Shown one piece after another: positions 38,263-48,553 of a stretch of 55,140 nucleotides of DNA. A program made the translations under genes and the position numbers. Origin of the DNA: Verrucomicrobiales bacterium (lineage in GTDB: Bacteria; Verrucomicrobiota; Verrucomicrobiia; Verrucomicrobiales; V1-33); contig JAYVOP010000254.1 in the NCBI GenBank assembly GCA_043757865.1, positions 1 to 55,140 of the forward strand, in the 5' to 3' direction. The stretch's first letter is position 1; each line of letters begins with the position of its first letter. Below the pieces are notes generated by a model that was not told the origin of the DNA, ran no database searches, and saw only the letters and a list, made by a program, of their open reading frames with translations.

Positions 38263-39513
38263 TTAGGAAAAATTCCGTTCCCCAATATCCGTGCGGCTTT
38301 GGGCACCGGGGAAATGGAGTTGGGCGGCAGCGGCATAGGCGCGGGCGCGGGCCTCTGCGCGCGTGGGGCCTTGGGCCACCACGGCTAGGACGCGTCCGCC
38401 GTTCGTTTCGTAATCCCCGGCGGCATTGCGGCGGGTGCCACAATGATAGACGCGGGCGTCTGTCACATCGGCTAGGCCAGTGATGACATCTCCGCTGCGG
38501 CTGGTGACAGGATACCCCGCAGAGGCTAGGATCACGCAGATGCTCCAGCCACCAGCAAAGGTCAGCAGCTCCGGGCGCAGGATGCCGCGTGCGCCATCAA
38601 GGCAGTATTGGGCAAAGTCTCCACTCAGCAGCGGCATCACCGCCTCACATTCAGGATCGCCAAAGCGGCAATTATACTCGATCACCTTCGGCCCCTCCGC
38701 CGTTAGCATTAGCCCGAAATAGAGGAAGCCGCGATACGGCAGCCCATCCGCGCGCAGGCCTGCCACTGTGGGTTGCACGATCCTAGCATCAATCTCGGCC
38801 AGCATTTCCGCCGACACCATTTCCATGCTTGCCACTGCGCCCATGCCGCCCGTGTTCGGGCCTTCGTCCGCGTCATAGATGCGCTTATAATCACGCGCTG
38901 GGCAGAGGATCTGGTAGCGATCATCCACGATGGAGGCAAAGACGCTCAACTCTGGCCCCACGAGGCATTGCTCTACCACCAAGCGCCCAGGCCCGAAGGA
39001 ACATTTCACAAACACGGTATCCAGGAACTCCAGCGCCTCCTCCCGCGTGGCGCACACGGCCACACCCTTGCCTGCGGCTAAGCCATCGAACTTTAGCACG
39101 ATGGGAAATTCTGTCAGGGCGGCCACCGCCGCGGCATCCGTTTCCACCGCCACATAACGGGCTGTGGGGATGCCGTGGCGCACTAGGAACTCCTTGGCAA
39201 ATTCCTTGCTAGCCTCCAGTTGGGCACTCTCCTTCGGCGGCCCCCAGCAAGGGATACCCGCGGCCTCACAGGCATTGGCTAAGCCCTGGCCCGTCACCAG
39301 ATAGCTCTCCTCACCAGCCACGCATAGCTCGATCTGTTGCTCTTGCATGAAGGCGATGAGTGAATCTAGATCCGTGGCCGGAGTGCGCTGGGCCAGGGAA
39401 AAGATGGCCTCACTGCCAGGAAAAGCATAGATCTCCTGCGCCCCTGGCGAGGCCGCCAAAGCCGTTATCAACGCGTGTTCACGCCCACCTTTACCTACCA
39501 CAAGGATCTTCAT
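38263..39513 (-). CDS. purD: Phosphoribosylamine--glycine ligase
   Basis: GKGGREHA, LEASK, DGLAAGKGV, GPNTGGMG, EYNCRFGDPE, GGRVL. Confidence 0.96.
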   Translation of the reverse strand: MKILVVGKGGREHALITALAASPGAQEIYAFPGSEAIFSLAQRTPATDLDSLIAFMQEQQIELCVAGEESYLVTGQGLANACEAAGIPCWGPPKESAQLEASKEFAKEFLVRHGIPTARYVAVETDAAAVAALTEFPIVLKFDGLAAGKGVAVCATREEALEFLDTVFVKCSFGPGRLVVEQCLVGPELSVFASIVDDRYQILCPARDYKRIYDADEGPNTGGMGAVASMEMVSAEMLAEIDARIVQPTVAGLRADGLPYRGFLYFGLMLTAEGPKVIEYNCRFGDPECEAVMPLLSGDFAQYCLDGARGILRPELLTFAGGWSICVILASAGYPVTSRSGDVITGLADVTDARVYHCGTRRNAAGDYETNGGRVLAVVAQGPTRAEARARAYAAAAQLHFPGAQSRTDIGERNFS

Positions 39514-39591
39514 AGGCCGGGAATCAGAGACGCGATCCCTCGCAACGCAAGCAGCTTCACGCCACCTGCTGGCAGCCATCGGAGTGGCGGC

Positions 39592-41145
39592 TCACACGCC
39601 TAACAGCACGCGGGCCTCCGCTTGGCCAGGGGCGGGGCGGCCATATTCACTGGCGGTCACGCGGGCTAGGGACATGAGATGCCGCCAGCGGAAGGCCGGG
39701 CGGGTGCGGGAAAATTCATCCTCGCAGGTGGCGAAATATTTCTCCGCATGGAGCGCTCCGTCTTCACTGACGGCAAAGGGCAGCAGGCGGGCGAAGACGG
39801 GCTCCGGGGCTTGGCCTAGCGTCGCCATCTGTTGCACCAGCGCAATGGCGTGACCTTGGAGGTTATTGCTGATGGCGGTGTCTAACTCTGTGAGGAGTTT
39901 GCTAGGATCAGTCTTGGCCACGGATGCTAGTAAAGAGGCGGTGGGCAGCGGCTGCCAGTCCATGAAGGCTTGGCCGCTGGCGCGTCGATCACGCGCCACT
40001 TGCCATGCGCCCAGGATCAGGCAGGCCACGGCATGATGGCCGTGACTCACTTGCGCAAGGTTCCGCCAAGCATGCACGGAGTCACTCGCATGAACGCCCA
40101 CGGAATCCCCATGCACACTGCCGGGCGGCTTGCCGGGGGACTCCCATTCTGGCGGGCGACCATGATCCCGCAGCACCAGTTGATTTGCGGCTAGGGAAAT
40201 GGCCTCTCCCACATGCCGGGGATCGAATCCCTCTGCCAAGGCCGCCGCCACGGCTCCGGCGGCGGCTTCAGGCGAGGCTTCAAAGATGATGATGCTCAGC
40301 GCTGAGAGGCCCGAGTCATCCAGCGCGCGCTGGCCGAGCGGTTTGCCTAGCAAGTGATGTTCGTCCAGCAAACGGGAGAGCGCTTGGGCATTTTCCTCCC
40401 ATTCCGGGCGGCGGTAAGACTCGGCTTGGAGGCAATAGCGCAGGGATTGGCGGAGCATGGTGGTGGCGTGTTCTGACCCCACGATGTCTAGCAAGTCCCA
40501 CGCGCGATACGGCAGCACCGTGCGATGCACCTCTGGCGCGTCCTGCACGCAGGTGAGCAAGGCCGCAAATCCGTCGTCTAAATTTTGCTTTACTAACGTG
40601 GCCAGCGTCCGTTCCGCTTCGGCGTGATCCTTCCGCTGCACGGCGGCGTGGAGTTGCTCCGCTGTCGCTCCGGCGGGGCCAGCGGCCACGGGATGCAGCA
40701 CTTCCGCCGCGCGTCCGCCGTGTTCTTGGATGCGATTCGTATTCCGATAGAGCACTTTGAAAACGGGCAGCGCCCGTTGCTTCTCCGGCATGGCTGCGGT
40801 CATTTTCCAAGCTGGGCCTAACGCCATCAACGTGTGGAAGCCCACGTAATCCTCTCCGCCAAACGACCGCGCATTGGCTAGCACGCCTGCGGCCACTAGT
40901 TCTTTTAACGTCACCCCTGCCGCTAATTTCTTCACCAAAGTTTCCTGGAGTTTGGCGATGGGCGTTTCTTGCAGCATCGCCACCAATGGCTCAGCAGCGC
41001 CAAAATGCAGGCTTCCGGGCGTTTCGTTTACCGCTGTGGGAGCGAGATCTAACTCTGCGCCCAGCGCAGGTCCAATCGTGGCTAGCAAGGTTCCTTTACC
41101 GACTTCGGTCAGGAAACGACGACGTGATGTGGCTGATGAATGCAT
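39592..41145 (-). CDS. Conserved hypothetical helical protein with Tat-like signal and His-rich motifs
   Basis: SRRRFL; GFHTLM, EVHRT, VHGDSVGVHASD, LHAEKY. Confidence 0.75.
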   Translation of the reverse strand: MHSSATSRRRFLTEVGKGTLLATIGPALGAELDLAPTAVNETPGSLHFGAAEPLVAMLQETPIAKLQETLVKKLAAGVTLKELVAAGVLANARSFGGEDYVGFHTLMALGPAWKMTAAMPEKQRALPVFKVLYRNTNRIQEHGGRAAEVLHPVAAGPAGATAEQLHAAVQRKDHAEAERTLATLVKQNLDDGFAALLTCVQDAPEVHRTVLPYRAWDLLDIVGSEHATTMLRQSLRYCLQAESYRRPEWEENAQALSRLLDEHHLLGKPLGQRALDDSGLSALSIIIFEASPEAAAGAVAAALAEGFDPRHVGEAISLAANQLVLRDHGRPPEWESPGKPPGSVHGDSVGVHASDSVHAWRNLAQVSHGHHAVACLILGAWQVARDRRASGQAFMDWQPLPTASLLASVAKTDPSKLLTELDTAISNNLQGHAIALVQQMATLGQAPEPVFARLLPFAVSEDGALHAEKYFATCEDEFSRTRPAFRWRHLMSLARVTASEYGRPAPGQAEARVLLGV

Positions 41146-41254
41146 AGTTTTCCTCCTGGGGTTTGATGAGCCCGCAGTGTCCTGCCCTAGCCGAATGGAG
41201 GCAAGCTAAATGTCGTGGTCCAGAGCCGGAGTGAGAACGCTCTGGGCCTCCGTT

Positions 41255-41284
41255 ATTCCTCATTCGACATTCGACATTCCTCAT
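41255..41284. repeat. Short tandem heptamer repeat (ATTCSWC x4)
   Basis: ATTCCTC ATTCGAC ATTCGAC ATTCCTC AT just upstream of rsmE. Confidence 0.7.
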
Positions 41285-41296
41285 GCTCCGGTCCGC

Positions 41297-42040
41297 ATGG
41301 CCGGACACCGTTTCTATCTCCCTGCCGCTGCTTGGGCGGCGGATGTTTTCACTCTGGATGCAGAGGAATCCCACCACTGCGTGGATGTGGTGCGGCTGCA
41401 CGTGGGAGATGTCATCACTGTGTTCGATGGGCAGGGACGCACCGCCACGGGCTCCATCCTAACCGCTCATCGGAAAGGCGTGACGCTCCGCCCCGCAGCC
41501 ATCCAGGCAGCGGCCCCGCCGCCTGCGCACATCAGCATCGCCATGGCGATGCTGAAGGGCGGGCACACAGAGTTCATCATCGAGAAAGCCGTCGAGTTAG
41601 GCGTGAGCGAGATTTACCCCCTCACCACGGACCGCACCGTGGTGCGGCTGGATGCGGCAGAGGCCGCCAAGAAACAGGGGAAATGGCAACGCCTAGCCCT
41701 AGAGGCCTGCAAGCAGTGTGGACAAAATTTCCTGCCGCAGGTGCATCTGCCGCAGCCGTTAGGGAAATTTTTGGCCACGTGTGCGCCGGTGGACCTGCCG
41801 TTGATCGCTGCGCTGGATCCCGCCTCCCAGCGGCTGCCGCGCTGGATGGCTGCGGCTCCAGATCCTCCGCAGAGCGCCTGTGTGATGGTCGGGCCAGAGG
41901 GAGATTTTACCGCTGCGGAGCTAGCTGCTGCGCTGGCTCACGGCTTCCGCCCGTGGGATCTGGGGCGGATCATCTTGCGCGCAGAGACCGCTGCCCTGTA
42001 TTGTCTGAGCGTGCTGACGCATGAGTTAGGCGAGGCGTGA
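41297..42040 (+). CDS. rsmE: 16S rRNA m3U1498 methyltransferase
   Basis: HH..V.R, EKAVELGV, EACKQC, VGPEGDF, ILRAETA. Confidence 0.94.
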   Translation: MAGHRFYLPAAAWAADVFTLDAEESHHCVDVVRLHVGDVITVFDGQGRTATGSILTAHRKGVTLRPAAIQAAAPPPAHISIAMAMLKGGHTEFIIEKAVELGVSEIYPLTTDRTVVRLDAAEAAKKQGKWQRLALEACKQCGQNFLPQVHLPQPLGKFLATCAPVDLPLIAALDPASQRLPRWMAAAPDPPQSACVMVGPEGDFTAAELAAALAHGFRPWDLGRIILRAETAALYCLSVLTHELGEA

Positions 42041-42092
42041 GGCTGGCGGAGCCCACGCCCTGGAGTTGCGTCCGCCTTAGCTTCGGCCCACG

Positions 42093-42677
42093 CTAATGCG
42101 CCAGGAAAATCTCCCAGTCCTTCACCCGGTGCTGGTTCTTAATCAGCGCGCTGACGGGCACTTCCCGAGGGGCGATGGGTTTACGCAGCAGGCGCAGGCC
42201 TGCTTCCTCTGGACTGCGGCTGCCTTTCCGGCTGTTCACATCCTTGTGGGCTAACACACAATTTTCCCACGTGGAAGCACCGCCACGGCTGCGGGGGACC
42301 ACGTGGTCGATGTTGCCTTCCCCTGGTTTCAGCACCTTGCCAGTGTATTGGCAGCGGCCCCCATCCCGCTCCCAGATGCCGCGGGTGCCGAACTTCGGAC
42401 GCTTCTTGGGCACCTTGGAAAAGTTGGAGAGCACGATCACGGTGGGCACCCGGATGGGGCCACGCACGGTGCGCACCACGTTGTCCATTTCTCGCACGGG
42501 GAGCTTCATCCAGTCAGAAAAACGCACGGGCTGCATCCCCCCATCCTCGGCAATATCCAGCGCTGTAGCCGTATCTGTGGCCAGCATCCCAAACGCTTCT
42601 TGGGGAGATTTCACATTGATTGCCTGCCAGTTCCGATTCAGAACCAGCACCGTCGCTTTGGTCAAAACATCACTCAT
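42093..42677 (-). CDS. HNH endonuclease
   Basis: VLVLN, RDGGRCQY, IDHVVPRSRGG..WEN.V.....N..K. Confidence 0.92.
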   Translation of the reverse strand: MSDVLTKATVLVLNRNWQAINVKSPQEAFGMLATDTATALDIAEDGGMQPVRFSDWMKLPVREMDNVVRTVRGPIRVPTVIVLSNFSKVPKKRPKFGTRGIWERDGGRCQYTGKVLKPGEGNIDHVVPRSRGGASTWENCVLAHKDVNSRKGSRSPEEAGLRLLRKPIAPREVPVSALIKNQHRVKDWEIFLAH

Positions 42678-42804
42678 GGGGCCGAATCGTATCTCGCTTT
42701 GGGTAAATTTCTAGTAAATAGTTTCCTCCCCTGCGGCTGCGGAGTTCCGTATGATTTCCAACTGGCTGCGGGCCGCCAGTGCTCTTAGAACTTGCGATCT
42801 GCCT

Positions 42805-44352
42805 ATGAAATTTTCCACTCTCCTGCTGTGCCTCCTCACTACATTTCTCTCCGCCGCCGATCAGCCGCAGTGGGGGGAGCGGAACACCCGTAACATGATC
42901 TCTAGCGAGCGTGGATTGCCGGACACCTTCGAGCTCAGCACGAAGCAAAACGTGGCTTGGGCCGTGCCGATCGGGACGCAGACGCATGCTACTCCGATGG
43001 TGGCCCATGGGCGCATTTACATTGGCACGAACAACGCCCAGCCGCGTGATCCTGCGCTAGCCGCTGACTCCGGGGTGCTGCTGTGCTTAGATGAAGAGGA
43101 CGGTCATCTGCTCTGGCAAATGGTGGTGCCCAAACGCACGGAAGACCAATATTTCGACTGGCCCAAGACGGGCATGTCCTCCCCTGTGACGGTGGAAGGC
43201 GACCGCGCTTACACTGTGACTAACCGAGGCGAAGTGGTCTGCCTAGATGTGCTCGGCATGGCCAATGGCAATGATGGTCCATTTAAAGATGAGGCCGCCC
43301 ACTGCCACCCGCACGGGGCTCCGCCGCCGGAGTTCAAGCCCGCTGTGGCTGATCCTGCGGAGACGTTTCCCCCGCCTGGGAGCAAGGATGCAGACATTCT
43401 CTGGCTCTACGATATGCCTGCCGAAGCAGGGACTTGGCCGCATGATGGCGCGCATAGTTCCATCCTCATCCAGGGAGATTACCTCTATTTAAATACTGGC
43501 AATGGCGTGGATAATACCCACCGCGTGGTGCGGCGGCCGGATGCGCCTAGCCTAATTGTCTTGGAGAAAAAAACGGGTCGGTTAGTCGCTGAAGACGGTG
43601 AGAAAATAGGCGACAACATTTTCCACGCCACGTGGTCCTCGCCATCCTTTGCGGTCATCAATGGCCAGCCGCTGATCTTCTTTGCTGGGGGTGATGGAGT
43701 GGTGCGCGCTTATAAAACGATCACTGCCAGTCCGCCCGCTGGGACGGTGGCCAAGCTGGAGCGCGTGTGGAGTTTCGACTTCGATCCGGAGGCTCCAAAG
43801 CAGAAGGTGCATCTCTTTACAACCAATCGCCAAGAAGGCCCCAGCGACATCTACGGCATGCCCGTGGTGCTCCAGAATCGCATTTATGTGGCGGGCGGAG
43901 GCGACATCTTTTGGGGGAAAAATGCCGCCTGGATGAAGTGCTTCGATGCCACGCAGACGGGCGATGTAACTACCAAAGCACTGCGTTGGAGCACCCCGTT
44001 AGGGAATCACACCATGACCACGCCTGCCATCGTGGAGGGCCTCGTCTTCATTGCGGATACGCGCAGCCTGCATTGCCTGGATGCAGAGACCGGGAAAGAG
44101 TATTGGGCGCAGGAGCTAGGTGGCGATGTCTGGGCCAGTCCACTAGCCGCCGATGGGAAAATTTACATCGGGACGCGGAAGGGCGACTTCTGGATCTTAG
44201 CCGCTAGTAAAACGCAGCGCGTCTTGGCAAATATCCCTGGGAAATCCCCCATCAGCGCCACCACCACCGCCGCCAACGGGGCCATTTATATTGCCACTCA
44301 AGAACAACTCGTGAAACTCCGCGTGCCCACCCCGGTGCCTGCTAAACTCTAA
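42805..44352 (+). CDS. PQQ-binding-like beta-propeller protein, secreted
   Basis: Signal peptide, QPQWG, repeated CLD..TG...W motifs. Confidence 0.88.
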   Translation: MKFSTLLLCLLTTFLSAADQPQWGERNTRNMISSERGLPDTFELSTKQNVAWAVPIGTQTHATPMVAHGRIYIGTNNAQPRDPALAADSGVLLCLDEEDGHLLWQMVVPKRTEDQYFDWPKTGMSSPVTVEGDRAYTVTNRGEVVCLDVLGMANGNDGPFKDEAAHCHPHGAPPPEFKPAVADPAETFPPPGSKDADILWLYDMPAEAGTWPHDGAHSSILIQGDYLYLNTGNGVDNTHRVVRRPDAPSLIVLEKKTGRLVAEDGEKIGDNIFHATWSSPSFAVINGQPLIFFAGGDGVVRAYKTITASPPAGTVAKLERVWSFDFDPEAPKQKVHLFTTNRQEGPSDIYGMPVVLQNRIYVAGGGDIFWGKNAAWMKCFDATQTGDVTTKALRWSTPLGNHTMTTPAIVEGLVFIADTRSLHCLDAETGKEYWAQELGGDVWASPLAADGKIYIGTRKGDFWILAASKTQRVLANIPGKSPISATTTAANGAIYIATQEQLVKLRVPTPVPAKL

Positions 44353-44358
44353 ATTCCG

Positions 44359-45810
44359 ATGAACCCTATTTTCCAACATCAACTCCTCCAGACGCGTCGC
44401 CAATTCTTCGGCAGCTCGGGCCTGCGGTTAGGCAGCCTAGCGCTGGCGGGCATCCTGGGTAAGGCGCAGGCTGTGGAGCGTGTGCAGCCAGCGCAGCCGG
44501 GATTACCGCATTTCAAGCCCAAGGCCAAGGCAGTCATCTACATTCACATGAGCGGCGGCCCCTCCCAGTTAGACCTCTGGGACTACAAGCCGGACCTCCA
44601 GAAACTTTACGATACGGAACTCCCCAAATCCATCCGTGGCGATCAACGTATCACCACCATGACCAGCGGCCAAGCCAAGCTGGCCGTGGCTCCGTCCTTA
44701 TTTAAATTTGCTCAACACGGCCAATGTGGCCGCTGGGTCAGCGAGCTGCTGCCGCACACCGCCAAGATCGTGGACGACATCGCCCTGATCAAAACGGTCA
44801 ATACCACCGCCATCAACCACGATCCCGCCTGCACGTTCGTCATGTCAGGATCAGAGATTCCGGGGCGTGCTAGTTTGGGCTCCTGGCTCTCTTATGGCCT
44901 CGGCAGCGTCAGCAATGACCTGCCCGCCTTCGTCTGTCTCACGCCGCGCTATCCCTTGACCAGCAATGGTCAGGCGCTCTTCTCCCGCATGTGGAGCAGC
45001 GGCTTCCTGCCCACCAAACACACGGGCGTGGTGCTCCGGGGTGCGGGTGATCCGGTGCTCTTTTTGCAGAACCCGGAGGGCCTCGCCAGCACGGAACGTC
45101 GCGCGATGTTGGACGCGTTAGGGAAACTGAATCAACAAGGCTTTGAGCGCATTGGCGATCCCGAAATCCAGACCCGCATTTCCCAATACGAAATGGCCTT
45201 CCGTATGCAATCCAGTGTGCCGGAGCTGGTGGATCTGAGCAAGGAATCGCCCGCCACGTTAGAACTTTACGGCAGTGAAGTCAGTAAGTCTGGCAGCTTC
45301 GCGCACAATGCCTTGATGGCTCGTCGCCTCGTGGAACGGGGGGTGCGCTGCGTGCAGATCATGCACCGAGGCTGGGACCAACATGGCAATTTACCGAACG
45401 ACATCCGCAACCAATGCAAGGACACGGACCAAGGCGTGAGCGCATTAGTGCAAGACCTCAAACTGCACGGCATGTTGGAAGACACGCTGGTCATCTGGGG
45501 CGGAGAATTTGGCCGCACGGTCTATAGCCAAGGCGGTCTCAGCGCCACGAATTATGGAAGAGATCACCATCCACGGAATTTCTGCATGTGGATGGCGGGC
45601 GGCGGCATCAAGCCTGGGATCAGCCTTGGTGAGACTGACGACTTCTCCTACAACGTCGTCAGCGACAGCGTCCCGCTCTTCGATTTTAACGCCACCATCC
45701 TCCATTGCCTGGGCATCGATCACGAGAAATTCACCTACCCCTTCCAAGGCCTGGACATGAAACTCACTGGCGTAGAGCCCGCCAAAGTCGTCTCGCAAGT
45801 GCTGGCGTGA
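44359..45810 (+). CDS. DUF1501 (sulfatase-like) protein with Tat signal
   Basis: [35 protein letters not shown]. Confidence 0.92.
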   Translation: MNPIFQHQLLQTRRQFFGSSGLRLGSLALAGILGKAQAVERVQPAQPGLPHFKPKAKAVIYIHMSGGPSQLDLWDYKPDLQKLYDTELPKSIRGDQRITTMTSGQAKLAVAPSLFKFAQHGQCGRWVSELLPHTAKIVDDIALIKTVNTTAINHDPACTFVMSGSEIPGRASLGSWLSYGLGSVSNDLPAFVCLTPRYPLTSNGQALFSRMWSSGFLPTKHTGVVLRGAGDPVLFLQNPEGLASTERRAMLDALGKLNQQGFERIGDPEIQTRISQYEMAFRMQSSVPELVDLSKESPATLELYGSEVSKSGSFAHNALMARRLVERGVRCVQIMHRGWDQHGNLPNDIRNQCKDTDQGVSALVQDLKLHGMLEDTLVIWGGEFGRTVYSQGGLSATNYGRDHHPRNFCMWMAGGGIKPGISLGETDDFSYNVVSDSVPLFDFNATILHCLGIDHEKFTYPFQGLDMKLTGVEPAKVVSQVLA

Positions 45811-45836
45811 GGGAGTTGCTAGCCCCCAATGAAACG

Positions 45837-46181
45837 ATGCCGAAGCCAGACCCCGAGCCTCCCGCCACATCAGCAGAGGCCCCGCCTACGTTGGCCTCGG
45901 TGATTGTGCGCACGCTTTGCTTTTTAGTGGTAACGGGCGGTGCCGTTTACGTGCTAGCGAATGCGATGCATTCGGGGATCAATGGCTCGGTTAGCAAAAC
46001 TACGCGTGGAAATGATGCTATCGGAGGTTTTGACATTATCTTTATTCCCTTGCTCGCCATATTGCTCGGCTGGGATCTGTGGGATGCTTGGAAAACCCGG
46101 CGGAAACATGTGCGGATTGAACTGCCAGAGCCGCCCCAGCCTGCACCACGGAAGAAGCACAGATCTGATCCAGTTGAGTAA
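45837..46181 (+). CDS. Hypothetical two-TM membrane protein
   Basis: Two hydrophobic segments; fills the gap between co-oriented genes. Confidence 0.6.
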   Translation: MPKPDPEPPATSAEAPPTLASVIVRTLCFLVVTGGAVYVLANAMHSGINGSVSKTTRGNDAIGGFDIIFIPLLAILLGWDLWDAWKTRRKHVRIELPEPPQPAPRKKHRSDPVE

Positions 46182-46243
46182 TGAGGCCCGCGCTTGTTTT
46201 CCTCCTGGACTGGCCGTAGCAGCCTGCGCACCTATTTCCCACT

Positions 46244-47563
46244 ATGTCTAAATCATCACTCCTTTGCTTCCTTCTCACCCTAGCCGCTAGCCAGGCTGCG
46301 CCTGAAGCCGCGTGGTTCCGGGATTTCGTGGGGGTGAATGGGCACACGGTGACTTTTAAGCCGGAGTTGTTTGCTCCGGTGTGTCGGATCGTGCGGGACT
46401 ATCATCCAGTGGAGTGGGATTTGGCGGGGGATACCAGCGTGTTGCCGGACTGGCCGTTTGCGAAAAACAAAGTTTCCTGGGAGGCGGTCTATGGCTCGTG
46501 GCAGAAGGCGGGGCTGCGGACTAGCGCTTGTTTGCAGATCGATGGAATGAAGGACCAATGGAAGGATCTGGAGCACGATGCCCACGCTTATGCCGCTAGT
46601 TTTGCCGCCCAGTTTGGGCCGGGAGGAAAGTGGCCGCTGGTGGACTGGGTGGAGCTGGGCAATGAGCCTGGGCTCTATGATGACGCCACTTACACGCGGC
46701 TCTTCAAGGCCTTGGCTACAGGCATCCGGGAGGGGAATCCGCAGCTCAAGATCGTGACCTGCAATGTGGAGTCGGAGCACAGTGATCGGTATTGGAAAGG
46801 GGCGTCGGTATTTGCAGATTCGCCTGAGTTATATGATGTGTTACAGATTCATCGCTATGCCATCGCAGAAGGCTGGCCCGTCTGGCGACGCTCTTACCCA
46901 GAGGATCCGCAGGTGCCATTTCTCAGCGCCATTTCTAACCTGCTGAAATGGCGTGATGCCCACGCGCCTAGCAAGCCACTGTGGGTCAGTGAGTTCGGCT
47001 GGGACAGCAGCACGCAGCCGCCAGACCCCAAGGGAGAGTTTGCCAAATGGATCGGCAGCACGGACGCGGAGCAGGCGCGGTATCTCGTGCGCTCGTTCCT
47101 GCTCTTTGCGGAAATGGGCGTGGCTAAGGCCTTCGTGTATTTTCACAATGACAAGGATGAGCCGAAGCTGCACGCCGCCTCGGGCCTCACGCGGAACTAC
47201 CAGCCGAAGCCCGCTTATCATGCCGTGGCGTGGATGCTGGGAGCGTTGTTAGACTATCGTTTTTCTAAAGTGGTAGCGCACTCACTAACGGATGGTTATG
47301 CTTATGAATTCAGCCCTGAAAATGCGTCCGCTCCCAGCATCCTAGCCGTCTGGCATCCCACGCAGGAGGAAGTCGTGATGAAGATTCCCCTCGCAGGCCG
47401 GAGGCTAGTGAAAGCGGAGTGCATGCCGCTGACGCCGGTGCAGAAAGAGGGCCCGGAAGAGACCGCAAGGCTAACCCCTGCGGCTAATGTCACGCAGGAC
47501 GCGGGCAATGATAATGTAAGCGTGCGGGCGGGGCAGCGCCCGATTTTCCTGTGGTTGCAGTAG
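46244..47563 (+). CDS. Secreted clan GH-A glycoside hydrolase-like protein
   Basis: Signal peptide; ELGNEP acid/base, IHRY, WVSEFGW nucleophile, PKPAY. Confidence 0.8.
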   Translation: MSKSSLLCFLLTLAASQAAPEAAWFRDFVGVNGHTVTFKPELFAPVCRIVRDYHPVEWDLAGDTSVLPDWPFAKNKVSWEAVYGSWQKAGLRTSACLQIDGMKDQWKDLEHDAHAYAASFAAQFGPGGKWPLVDWVELGNEPGLYDDATYTRLFKALATGIREGNPQLKIVTCNVESEHSDRYWKGASVFADSPELYDVLQIHRYAIAEGWPVWRRSYPEDPQVPFLSAISNLLKWRDAHAPSKPLWVSEFGWDSSTQPPDPKGEFAKWIGSTDAEQARYLVRSFLLFAEMGVAKAFVYFHNDKDEPKLHAASGLTRNYQPKPAYHAVAWMLGALLDYRFSKVVAHSLTDGYAYEFSPENASAPSILAVWHPTQEEVVMKIPLAGRRLVKAECMPLTPVQKEGPEETARLTPAANVTQDAGNDNVSVRAGQRPIFLWLQ

Positions 47564-47569
47564 GCTGGA

Positions 47570-48460
47570 TCACGGCACCGCTGCCTGATTCAGCGCAGCG
47601 ATGGCTTGGTCCTTGGCCTGGATGAGCGGATCGAACTGCGGGATCTCCACCCCGTTCCCACCTTGCTCATGCTTGCGCGAGCCGAAGAGGTAGATCTCGT
47701 TTTGCGGACGCGTGCGGTTGAAGAAGAGCGTGTTTTTGGCCACGATCTCGGTGCGCAATTTTTCTGATCCAGCTTGGCCTGACTTGGCGAGCACGACGAG
47801 GGCGCTGGCCACGGCAGGGGCGATTTTGGCATAGCCAGCGGCGGTGAAATGCACGCCATTTGAAGTCAGGTGGGCCGGGCTGGCGTCCAGGATCGAGCGC
47901 AGCGGAGCTTGGAGGTCTATAAAATTTAGCTTTCGTTCAGCGGCCAGCGCCTGCACGGCGGCGGCCACTTTGGCTAGTTGAGCTTGGCGCACCAACATCA
48001 TTTCATTCTGGCCTTTGGTTTCCACTGGCGGCGGGGAGAGGAGCACCACCTGTTGGGCTTCGGCTGTGCCAATGAGGTCTAGCAGCTTGGCGTAGTCCTT
48101 GATAAATGACGTTAGTCCGGCCTCGCCTTCCGCCGCCACGGCGGCTCCGTAGCAGCAAAAGATCACGTTCGGTTTCACCAGCGTGAGGTTTCCTTGCAGA
48201 CGCTGTTGCCCCTCCGCAGGCGGGCCGAAGTAGCTGCGCGCTTGCTCGTTAGGGGTATTGCCGCTCCAGGCTAGATTGCGCACGTGCAGCGTCTTCCCCG
48301 GATGTCCGGCTAGCAGGGCGGATTCGATGTGGCCATAGGTGCCCTCTCGTTCCAGAAAGGTGTCACCCAGAAACACCACGATGTCCCCCTCCGCTAACGT
48401 CACGGGAGCGGCAGGGGCGATATTTAAAAGGAGTAGGAAAGCAGGGAGCAGGCGAATCAT
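47570..48460 (-). CDS. SGNH/GDSL-fold protein, secreted
   Basis: FLGDT, RNLAWSG, NGVH...GY; catalytic Ser/Asp appear substituted. Start MIRLLP. Confidence 0.8.
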   Translation of the reverse strand: MIRLLPAFLLLLNIAPAAPVTLAEGDIVVFLGDTFLEREGTYGHIESALLAGHPGKTLHVRNLAWSGNTPNEQARSYFGPPAEGQQRLQGNLTLVKPNVIFCCYGAAVAAEGEAGLTSFIKDYAKLLDLIGTAEAQQVVLLSPPPVETKGQNEMMLVRQAQLAKVAAAVQALAAERKLNFIDLQAPLRSILDASPAHLTSNGVHFTAAGYAKIAPAVASALVVLAKSGQAGSEKLRTEIVAKNTLFFNRTRPQNEIYLFGSRKHEQGGNGVEIPQFDPLIQAKDQAIAALNQAAVP

Positions 48461-48553
48461 GCGCCACGCATAGCCGTGCAGGCCGCAGATGCAACGAGCG
48501 GCATTGACATTCCGTGACTGCGTTGAACTATGGCTCGTCCTTGCCCCACACCT

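Noticed and set aside
41215-42024. Long overlapping alternative-frame and antisense ORFs (e.g. 41215-42024, 30147-30875, 31290-31928, 2305-2952)
   Set aside because: Shadow ORFs of well-supported genes in GC-rich DNA, with no motifs
42093-42677. HNH gene as part of a mobile intron or RNA-repair/tRNA-like array
   Set aside because: Flanking intergenic regions are short, with no recognisable structured RNA or interrupted host gene
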